Shown here piece after piece: positions 41,544 to 49,463 of a stretch of 64,000 nt of DNA. The translations under genes were made by a program, and so were the position numbers. Below the pieces are notes generated by a model. The model was not told the origin of the DNA. It made no database searches and saw only the letters and a program-made list of their open reading frames with translations. The DNA is taken from positions 32,001 through 96,000 of IMG/VR virus record IMGVR_UViG_3300004369_000002; one strand, 5' to 3'. Origin of the DNA: a virus. Position 1 is the stretch's first letter, and the number at the start of each line of letters is the position of its first letter.

Positions 41544-42377
41544 ATGGGACAGGGTGGAGTAATAGGACAACCGAACCGACCTTCAACATCTGGGGATGTT
41601 GGGATTTGGCAAAACTGGAATCCGTCTTCCAATCTATTCACTCAACAGTCATTTGACATAAGTTCAAGACATGCAAGTGGCGTGTGGGATCTTGCCTCTA
41701 TGGCGCAATTCACCGGCAACAATCAGTGGCCGGTTCCCGTGGAATCCATGGTTCATCTATTCAACGCCAAGTCTAGTGTATTTTCTGGTATTTCGCTAAA
41801 CCTCACAAATATTCCGCAAGACTACAATCATCTATATATGTTAATTGACACCGTTGGTGATGCAGGAAGTTTTCACACAGACACCCAGTTTTGGTACCAC
41901 CCATTAGCCCTTACTCTTTTCAACACGACTACTGCAACTGGAAGTTCTTTGACCGGTGGGCGTACGCGATTCTGGCTCCGATACTGGTCTAAAGAGGGAG
42001 GAAATTCTTACCAAGAGTTTTCGGACTTGAACACCACCCAAAACACTCATCCAATAGGAGTTATTGCACCAATCAATTGGGCGAACCAAATAGGATCACA
42101 GTTTGGTGGCTATAGCCTAACCTCACTAACTGAGTTATGGTTAATGAACTACTCAAAAACCGACTTTGACTCGGTGCGCAGTATTTTTAGCACATCTTTT
42201 GGAATCGGGTCTTATGCGGGCTGGCCCGAAAATGCTTATCCCATATTTCATTCGACAACTTACGGAGACGCTGGATCATCATCAATACGATCCCTTGCTT
42301 TTCGGACATTTAATAATGGAGGAACAACCGGGAATGATCCAATAATGATAAGAGTTGCTGCGTTTGGGGTGAAATAA
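41544..42377 (+). CDS. triplet tip protein 3A
   Basis: GGVIG...SGVWDL...QWP extension; NIPQDYNHL. Confidence 0.55.
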   Translation: MGQGGVIGQPNRPSTSGDVGIWQNWNPSSNLFTQQSFDISSRHASGVWDLASMAQFTGNNQWPVPVESMVHLFNAKSSVFSGISLNLTNIPQDYNHLYMLIDTVGDAGSFHTDTQFWYHPLALTLFNTTTATGSSLTGGRTRFWLRYWSKEGGNSYQEFSDLNTTQNTHPIGVIAPINWANQIGSQFGGYSLTSLTELWLMNYSKTDFDSVRSIFSTSFGIGSYAGWPENAYPIFHSTTYGDAGSSSIRSLAFRTFNNGGTTGNDPIMIRVAAFGVK

Positions 42378-42926
42378 ATGATCGGGTTTGAAAAAATTTC
42401 CTCTTGGCGTTCAACGTCTCAAATCATAAGCAGTTCTATTACCATAAATAATCTGCCAAGTATTTATAAAAACTTTAGAATATTTTACTCATCCAACTAC
42501 AACGGCGGAACTTCCAATAACCTTTTCATAATAAAGTTAGAAACTTCTGCCAATCCGATTTCTCGGCTCCGCAGTGGCGACATAGTCGGTTTTACCGGCG
42601 ATTTTCAAAACTATAGTACGCAGAGTCTTCCAAATAGCGACGACTACGTGACGATTGGTGAAGGCGGTAGCCGAGGTAAAATTGCCGCTCAAATTGATTT
42701 ATCTTACGTAGGGGATAATGGGCCCTACACTGATCGCGTGCTTGTGTCTAGTCGATCTTTTTTTCACAATCTAAGCAACTTCTCAGTTTCCGGATTCAAG
42801 GCTAATGGCACGATAGAACTTGCATCGCCCTCTGATCGAATAAGGAGCATAACAATTTCAGCGCCCGCTGACACTTTTGAAATAGATGTATACCAATACA
42901 GTTTTGAAATTTATGGAATGCGGTAG
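42378..42926 (+). CDS. triplet tip protein 3B
   Basis: ITINNLPSIYKNF...SFEIYG. Confidence 0.55.
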   Translation: MIGFEKISSWRSTSQIISSSITINNLPSIYKNFRIFYSSNYNGGTSNNLFIIKLETSANPISRLRSGDIVGFTGDFQNYSTQSLPNSDDYVTIGEGGSRGKIAAQIDLSYVGDNGPYTDRVLVSSRSFFHNLSNFSVSGFKANGTIELASPSDRIRSITISAPADTFEIDVYQYSFEIYGMR

Positions 42927-42928
42927 TT

Positions 42929-43456
42929 ATGGCATACAAATTACTGGGCTCATCAGAACTAGCCTCCGATACATCTAATGTAACACTCTCCAATCTTTCA
43001 TTTGACGGGCATACTATTGGCGTCAGGTATGACCTTACCGCGAGCCTGGCGGGTGCGAGCATTTTAACCGTAACCACCAATCAGGGTGTAAGTACAAGCA
43101 ATTACAATTTTTATGGTTTTGGCGATGTGGAGGCAAATTCTTTTTATGATGACAACAACACGGTTTTGCAAACATTTTATTGCAGTTCTACAACCCTCCG
43201 AATGGTAGGCGATTTAACAATATACACATACGGACCAGACGCCTCAGGCGGAAATTACACCAATGAAAGAAATGTAACAATACGCAATAAGTACAACTCC
43301 TTCGGTCCTGATAGTCTGCCAAACCCCAGCGATGAGTTCTACATTTATCGAAACCTCACATTCCAAACGCCGGACTCAGTCACAATATCAATACAAAAAC
43401 AGCAAGGAACATTTGCGGCGGGCAGCAAATTCACCTTCTACCAGATCACCAACTAA
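42929..43456 (+). CDS. triplet tip protein 3C
   Basis: YKLLGSSELASDTSNVTLSNL...AGSKFTFY. Confidence 0.55.
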   Translation: MAYKLLGSSELASDTSNVTLSNLSFDGHTIGVRYDLTASLAGASILTVTTNQGVSTSNYNFYGFGDVEANSFYDDNNTVLQTFYCSSTTLRMVGDLTIYTYGPDASGGNYTNERNVTIRNKYNSFGPDSLPNPSDEFYIYRNLTFQTPDSVTISIQKQQGTFAAGSKFTFYQITN

Positions 43457-43472
43457 AAGGTAAAATAGAACC

Positions 43473-44462
43473 ATGGCAGCAGTAGATTTCCCCGATACCC
43501 CCACGACAGGGCAGGTTTTCCAGGTTGGCACCCGACGCTGGGAATATGACGGCACCAAGTGGAAAGCCAAGCCGTTCGGCAATGAGCCATTCACCGCCAA
43601 CACCGTCACAGCGACAACTGTCAACGCCACAACCCTAAATGTTGACAGTACCGAGATTGACCTCACCGGCACAACAACCGGCGACACCCTCGTCTACGAC
43701 GGAACCAAATACTCCCCAAGCGCCTTCAGCGCAAAAATCGATGCCTCCCTCTACAGCGCCAAAGGAAGCATACTCACCGCAGATGGCCTCCCCGCAATAA
43801 CCGAATTGGCAGTCGGCGCAAACGGAACGGTACTCACAGCCGATAGCAGTACAGCCACCGGGCTGACCTGGGATGTCATCACCGATGACACAAAAATCGC
43901 CAAATCCACCCTACTCGCCAAGGGTTCCCTCATAACAGCCACCTCTTCGGGAACGCCCGTAAACTTTGGTGTCGGAACCGACGGAAACATTTTGCTTGCC
44001 GACTCCACCCAGGGTTCTGGTTTGCGTTGGGGAGCAATCTCCTCCTCTTCAATCGGCGACGACACCATAGATACAGCCAAAATAGTCGATCTTGCCGTAA
44101 CAACAGGCAAACTGGCGGCCTACAGCGTAACGTCTGACAAAATGGGGCCCCTAACACTAAATTACGTTAGTTTGGCCTCTTACCTGCTAATTGGTGCAGA
44201 CCGAAACAAAGTTATCATAATGAATAGCAGTGTATCCAACCAAACTCTCACCATACCCGCAGACGCCTCAGTGTTCTTCGAAACCGGAACCCAAATAGCA
44301 GTAATCCGTGGAACAACCAACGAAGTAACCATCGCGGGTGACACCGGAGTAACCATCCGAAGCGACGGCAACAAAAAGCGAATCAGCCAAACTTGGACTT
44401 CAGTATCGTTGATCAAACTTGCGCCAGATGAGTGGTTTTTGGCAGGATCCGTCAAGACATGA
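43473..44462 (+). CDS. fibre protein with two AKGS repeats and C-terminal WFLAG domain
   Basis: DFPDTPTTGQVF...WEYDGTKW N-terminus; paralogous C-terminal domain. Confidence 0.65.
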   Translation: MAAVDFPDTPTTGQVFQVGTRRWEYDGTKWKAKPFGNEPFTANTVTATTVNATTLNVDSTEIDLTGTTTGDTLVYDGTKYSPSAFSAKIDASLYSAKGSILTADGLPAITELAVGANGTVLTADSSTATGLTWDVITDDTKIAKSTLLAKGSLITATSSGTPVNFGVGTDGNILLADSTQGSGLRWGAISSSSIGDDTIDTAKIVDLAVTTGKLAAYSVTSDKMGPLTLNYVSLASYLLIGADRNKVIIMNSSVSNQTLTIPADASVFFETGTQIAVIRGTTNEVTIAGDTGVTIRSDGNKKRISQTWTSVSLIKLAPDEWFLAGSVKT

Positions 44463-45229
44463 GACTTCTCAAATGGTTCGGAATTCTCTCTGGTGGCGGG
44501 CCCATCGAAGCCACCGGAGGCACAATAACCACCTCGGGGAACTATCGAATTCACTCATTCACCTCAACCTCCAACTTCGTCATCACGTCCGGAACGGGCA
44601 TAGTTGAATATCTCATCGTTGGTGGTGGCGGAGGAGCAGGCAGCAACGGTGAACAGTCCGGAGGAGGCGGAGGCGGATCCGTCAGAACTGGCTCCTTTGA
44701 GATGTCATCCGGAACATATCTAGTCACAGTTGGAACATCGGTCGGAGCAAACAGCAACGGAAACGCCTCCGCACTTAACGGTATAACCGCCCCTGGTGGC
44801 GGACGAGGCTCATGGAGTTCTGGTCCACCCGGTAGTAGCGGAACTGGAGGCGGGGGATCTCCCTGGTATCCCGCTGGTGGTACTGGTAGCCCTGGCGGTA
44901 ACGGCTATCAGTATGGCGACAACAGCGCAGGAGGTGGCGGCGGTGGTGCAGGAACCAGTGCCACCAGTCGAAACGGAGGTTCAGGGTTCCTCTCGGCTAT
45001 CACCGGAACAAATACCTACTATGGCGGCGGCGGAGGCGGCGCTGGATGCTGCTATAACAAATGTTCTGGTGGAGGAAACTCTGGTGGAGCCGGAGGAGCC
45101 GGAGGCGGAGGTAACGGTTACCTAAACGGCGGCCCAACAAGCGGAACAAATGGCCTCGGAGGGGGTGGAGGCGCAGGCGGAGGCAACGGCGGATCTGGTA
45201 TTGTCATCGTCAGATACCTAATCGAATAG
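44459..45229 (+). CDS. glycine-rich fibre tip protein
   Basis: ATGG...YRIHSFT...EYLIVGGGG...GGSGIVIVRY glycine-rich domain. Confidence 0.8.
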   Translation: MRLLKWFGILSGGGPIEATGGTITTSGNYRIHSFTSTSNFVITSGTGIVEYLIVGGGGGAGSNGEQSGGGGGGSVRTGSFEMSSGTYLVTVGTSVGANSNGNASALNGITAPGGGRGSWSSGPPGSSGTGGGGSPWYPAGGTGSPGGNGYQYGDNSAGGGGGGAGTSATSRNGGSGFLSAITGTNTYYGGGGGGAGCCYNKCSGGGNSGGAGGAGGGGNGYLNGGPTSGTNGLGGGGGAGGGNGGSGIVIVRYLIE

Positions 45230-45237
45230 GAAGCGCC

Positions 45238-46401
45238 ATGCCACTTTTCGCACAAATAGATAACACCCGAGTTGTTGCAACCCTGAGCACACCAGAGGAT
45301 ATTCCAACAGAAGATGCGCACACATTTCTTGGTGCCAACTACGGGGAATCCTTTCTCTACGTTCCGATTGATGGCATAACGACAACCAACGGCACCACCA
45401 TTGGCGACGACTGCACCTATAACGCAGCCAATGATGTTTTTATATCTGGACAACCATCAGGTGCCCATGCTCTTAACGAAAATTTTGAATGGGTGATCGC
45501 AAAGCCTATTGATGTTTCGCATCGTGGACTTCAGCATCTGCACCATCCGGTTTGGAATGAAGAGCACCAAAAATGGCACTTTGTCAACGTTACGACAGCC
45601 GCAAAGAAAGACTCAACAAATAGGCAAGGCATTTTTGTTTTGTGTAAAGCAACGCAACTTTTTGCCGGAGAAACTATTAAGACTATTTTTCCCTTAATGT
45701 CCTCTGATCCGCCAATTTGCTTCTTTGGGAATGGTCCTTATAACAGTGATGGAACCGCCAAAGAGGACATGTGGGAAGTATGTGCTCCCGATTTTGAGCG
45801 TGGAACAACCCCGGAGATTTTCCAAGCAACGAATATTTTCCGTGACTATGGTGTTGACATCACAGACGCCGACGCTGACAACAATCATGGTTGGCATACG
45901 ATCAATAAATTCCTTTACATTCTTGATGGTTCGCCATACTTCTATGTTGTCCATTTGGAGTTATTGAATTTGCGTTCCGGACATCCCGAATATGACGGTG
46001 TCATGGAACACTCGGAGGCTTTTGAACAGGCGCTCAGGAGATTCCCTCCGGCGCGGATGGCCAACTCCATGGCCGAACTGATTCGACTAATAGCGGAATG
46101 GGACTGGGCGTATCACCATCTTGACAGTGTTGAACCAATGGCGAAACTCTCGCACGACTTCTTTGCAACAGTCGATATGCCACAAGACGTTTACGATGCA
46201 CTCATTGAGGGCGTAGACGAAAGCCCGCTTGCTCGCTGGCTTAACGGCGACACCGACGCATACGCCCTCCCAGATGAGCGCTCGCCTATTCCTTCGATTG
46301 TTCAAGAATGGATTGATGAAAAGGTTTGGGACTTGCGTCATCGTATTGAACCCGCTCCTTTCAATGTGGCCACTTATAATGAGGAGCATTACCGGCTGTG
46401 A
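45238..46401 (+). CDS. partner of the glycine-rich protein with extra C-terminal domain
   Basis: FAQID...IGD..YN...DVFI..QP...W N-terminus. Confidence 0.5.
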   Translation: MPLFAQIDNTRVVATLSTPEDIPTEDAHTFLGANYGESFLYVPIDGITTTNGTTIGDDCTYNAANDVFISGQPSGAHALNENFEWVIAKPIDVSHRGLQHLHHPVWNEEHQKWHFVNVTTAAKKDSTNRQGIFVLCKATQLFAGETIKTIFPLMSSDPPICFFGNGPYNSDGTAKEDMWEVCAPDFERGTTPEIFQATNIFRDYGVDITDADADNNHGWHTINKFLYILDGSPYFYVVHLELLNLRSGHPEYDGVMEHSEAFEQALRRFPPARMANSMAELIRLIAEWDWAYHHLDSVEPMAKLSHDFFATVDMPQDVYDALIEGVDESPLARWLNGDTDAYALPDERSPIPSIVQEWIDEKVWDLRHRIEPAPFNVATYNEEHYRL

Positions 46402-46622
46402 GTAACGACGGCGAAAATATGGACATTGATCTCAAGGAAATCATCAACGATATCCTTGAACAGAACAAGAATCTGACGCTGAATAACGCCATGCTTCGCA
46501 CCGCCGTCAAGCAGTTGCAGGAGCAGAACCGCATTTTGGTTCAAGCGAACAAGCAAATCGAAAGGGAGACTGCGGTTCTTCTTGAAAAGAGTAGGCAGGC
46601 GAATGAGTCTGACTCTGAATGA
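46398..46622 (+). CDS. small coiled-coil protein
   Basis: heptad-like composition. Confidence 0.5.
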   Translation: MSNDGENMDIDLKEIINDILEQNKNLTLNNAMLRTAVKQLQEQNRILVQANKQIERETAVLLEKSRQANESDSE

Positions 46623-47403
46623 CCTGACAGAACCAGCACCCCCTGTTGGTCCACGAGACTGGAACGACGAAGGCGTCGTCATCATCAAAAACTTCTTTCC
46701 GGAAGACTTGATGGTTGCGTACGAGAACTGTTGGCGGGAAGCAAATAGCAAGAGACCCAACGGCTGGCCAGACCCAGTGCCCTACATGCGTCACCCGGAG
46801 TTGCGTGACATCCTTTGCTGGCAGCCACTCAACGACCTTCTGACCGACCTGATCGGTGAACCACCAGGACTTCATCTGAACCTGACCGGCTGGGTATCAA
46901 CCGAACGCGACTGGCACCAAGACTCGTACCTTAACCCTCCGTGGGTGGGCGATTCGTATGCTGCCGTATGGATCGCCTTCGCCGACATTCACCCCGACTC
47001 CGGCCCTTTCCAATATGTTCCCGGATCACATCGATGGCCTCAGGTCACCCGACAAAAGATTCTTGACGTATTGGAACCCGATCAGCGCGATCACAGGTGG
47101 CCCAAATTTTCTGAACTCATTTTGACACCACTGTTTGAGCAAGAAATCATAAACCGAAACGCTGAAGTGGCGACGTATCTTCCGAAACGTGGGGACTTGC
47201 TTGTGTGGAACGGGCGCATTCTTCACCGTGGATCACGAGCAAAGGTGCGGGGGCTTGAGCGCCGTTCGTTAATTGCGCACTACTCCGGCATCCACCATCG
47301 ACACGAAATGCCTGCACCCGAACAGCACCTTGGGCAAGGATTTTACTTCCCAATCGAAACTGATCTGCAAATGTACTACGGACCCGAGGACGTTAACCAC
47401 TGA
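46603..47403 (+). CDS. PhyH-family Fe(II)/2-oxoglutarate dioxygenase
   Basis: WHQD, AVWIAFADIHPDSGPFQYVPGSH, GDLLVW..RILHRG. Confidence 0.88.
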   Translation: MSLTLNDLTEPAPPVGPRDWNDEGVVIIKNFFPEDLMVAYENCWREANSKRPNGWPDPVPYMRHPELRDILCWQPLNDLLTDLIGEPPGLHLNLTGWVSTERDWHQDSYLNPPWVGDSYAAVWIAFADIHPDSGPFQYVPGSHRWPQVTRQKILDVLEPDQRDHRWPKFSELILTPLFEQEIINRNAEVATYLPKRGDLLVWNGRILHRGSRAKVRGLERRSLIAHYSGIHHRHEMPAPEQHLGQGFYFPIETDLQMYYGPEDVNH

Positions 47404-47978
47404 TGATGCTTTTGAATGCAGGGTGTGGAACTCACTACGTAAAAGGTTGGGTGAACTGCGATGTGTGGGAGAGTGATACAACCAAACCCGACGTGAAAGT
47501 CACCGCCGGAGAACCGTACCCGTTCGACGATGATTACTTTGATGCGATCTACCTTGGGCACGTGTTGGAACATGTCGATTGGCGTGAAGTCCCATTGTTC
47601 CTTGATGACATGCACCGAATTGCCAAACCTGATGCTCCAATGTTGATTGTTGGCCCAGACATCATCAAAACAATTCAACGCTGGTCGGACGGTGCCGAAC
47701 CGTGGCACATGGTGATGTCCACGCTGGAACATCAGGATTTTAATTGGCAGCCCGGTCGACAAACCGAATTTTGGGATGGCGCAACACATCATTGGAATTG
47801 CCATCATGAACGGGTTTGGAACATTCTGAATGACATGGGCTTCAAGAATCTTGTCGACTACTTTGATCGGATTCCCAACTCCACTCAAATGACATCGTGG
47901 CACGATGAGACGACGGGGATCACCTGGCCTGTTGTCGCCAAATGGCATTGGCAGTTCGCCATCCACGCAACGTGCTGA
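47403..47978 (+). CDS. class I SAM-dependent methyltransferase
   Basis: LNAGCG..GWVNCD, PFDDDYFDAIYLGHVLEH. Confidence 0.85.
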   Translation: MMLLNAGCGTHYVKGWVNCDVWESDTTKPDVKVTAGEPYPFDDDYFDAIYLGHVLEHVDWREVPLFLDDMHRIAKPDAPMLIVGPDIIKTIQRWSDGAEPWHMVMSTLEHQDFNWQPGRQTEFWDGATHHWNCHHERVWNILNDMGFKNLVDYFDRIPNSTQMTSWHDETTGITWPVVAKWHWQFAIHATC

Positions 47979-48090
47979 TGCCTCTGGCATAGATGTCCGG
48001 ACACCTGATGTACCGTCTCTGACCAGGTGTGGTTACACGGGTGTACTGTCCTTCTGGCAAGCCACCCGTCGGCTTGGGAACAGGAGTGTT

Positions 48091-48609
48091 ATGGAAATTC
48101 AATCTGGTTACGACGACAACTTTTTTCGGAAAGAAGCCGAAATAGGCCAAACGTTTTCTGAAATAGTTGCCAAATATCTCAACTACAATGGGGTCAAGTG
48201 CCGAGCAACGGAACTTGAATTCGCCAAAGACGTTGCCGACAGAGAACGCTTCAAAACCCACGAACAAGACATCATCTTCGACCTCATGCCAGGATGCCTG
48301 GAAGTCAAAAGTCGACGCCTTCAATTTTTCCCCGACCCAGAATCGTATCCCTACGGCACTGCATTCGTCGACACGGTGTCCGGATGGGACGCAAAAGCCG
48401 TTGTCCCTCTCGGTGTCGTCCTCATCTCGCAGATGACGTCGTGCATGCTGGTAGTTCCACCGTCCAGCCAAAACCTTTGGACCGAGTACAGTTCTTACGA
48501 CAGATTCAGGCGGATCCACGAAACCTGGTATCAGTGCCCCAAATCGGCATTAAAGCACATCGATCTTCTCGTGGATTTCCTGGTAAAACGCCAGGCCCTG
48601 TACTCGTAG
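48091..48609 (+). CDS. PD-(D/E)XK nuclease-like protein
   Basis: QDII...LEVKSR motif; AGGAG RBS. Confidence 0.55.
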   Translation: MEIQSGYDDNFFRKEAEIGQTFSEIVAKYLNYNGVKCRATELEFAKDVADRERFKTHEQDIIFDLMPGCLEVKSRRLQFFPDPESYPYGTAFVDTVSGWDAKAVVPLGVVLISQMTSCMLVVPPSSQNLWTEYSSYDRFRRIHETWYQCPKSALKHIDLLVDFLVKRQALYS

Positions 48610-48650
48610 CCATTCACTATGTGGATCTAACGATCGTTAGGCTAATCCCC

Positions 48651-49463
48651 ATGAAACAGGTGAATATCGAACAGCCAGCCTGGATGAAGGATCTTCATGA
48701 ACGAATGCTCCCCTACCCCACCCCAGCCTCACTGGATGAACTCTCATCCGAACCGTACACAGATCCTATATTTTCTGAGATCGATCTTTGGCTCCGAACC
48801 AGTGCAAGCCGGTTCGGAAGCGTATACGGATACGCCCAAGAACAAAATGGGGCCACAGTGCAAAACCTGTTCCCCATACAGAAGGACGCGACCGAGCAAA
48901 TATCATCGTCATCAGCGGTAACGCTGGAGATGCACACGGAAACCGCATTTCATCGATACAAGCCCACAACGTTCCTTTTGTTGTGCGTCCGTGAGGACGT
49001 CAACGCAGGTACGAATATTGCAAAACTGGCCGATATTCTTCCGAAACTAGATTCGCAAACAAAAACAGCGCTCAAAAAATACGATTTCATCACCGAGATC
49101 GACGCCAGTTTCCGGTCCGGGGACTGTCCGCAACAGCCAATGATGATGCAGGTTCTCAACGAATCCGAAACAGCGATCACTTATGATCGTGCATTAATGG
49201 TCGGCACGACACCCGAGGCAGAACGAGCATTAAGCGCTCTGTCTGACGCAATCGACGCAGTGACAACGACCATTTATCTAAACACAGGCGACCTGCTAAT
49301 AACGGACAACAAACGGATTATCCACGGTCGAACGCCGTTCACTGCCCGGTTTGACGGAACGGATCGATGGTTGAAGCGTGTGATGGTGACCACGGAAAAC
49401 ATCCCTGGCGATCAGGTCGAATACCGCCAGGGACGTTACCGCGTGGTGACAACACCGCTCTAA
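48651..49463 (+). CDS. TauD/clavaminate synthase-like Fe/2OG oxygenase
   Basis: EQNG..VQNLFP, MHTETAFH (HxE), DN.RIIHGRTPF.ARFDGTDRWLKR. Confidence 0.88.
   Translation: MKQVNIEQPAWMKDLHERMLPYPTPASLDELSSEPYTDPIFSEIDLWLRTSASRFGSVYGYAQEQNGATVQNLFPIQKDATEQISSSSAVTLEMHTETAFHRYKPTTFLLLCVREDVNAGTNIAKLADILPKLDSQTKTALKKYDFITEIDASFRSGDCPQQPMMMQVLNESETAITYDRALMVGTTPEAERALSALSDAIDAVTTTIYLNTGDLLITDNKRIIHGRTPFTARFDGTDRWLKRVMVTTENIPGDQVEYRQGRYRVVTTPL

Noticed and set aside
15482-46401. Diversity-generating retroelement acting on fibre tips (Mtd-N-like domain present)
   Set aside because: No reverse transcriptase in the window, and I noticed no near-identical TR/VR pair differing only at adenines
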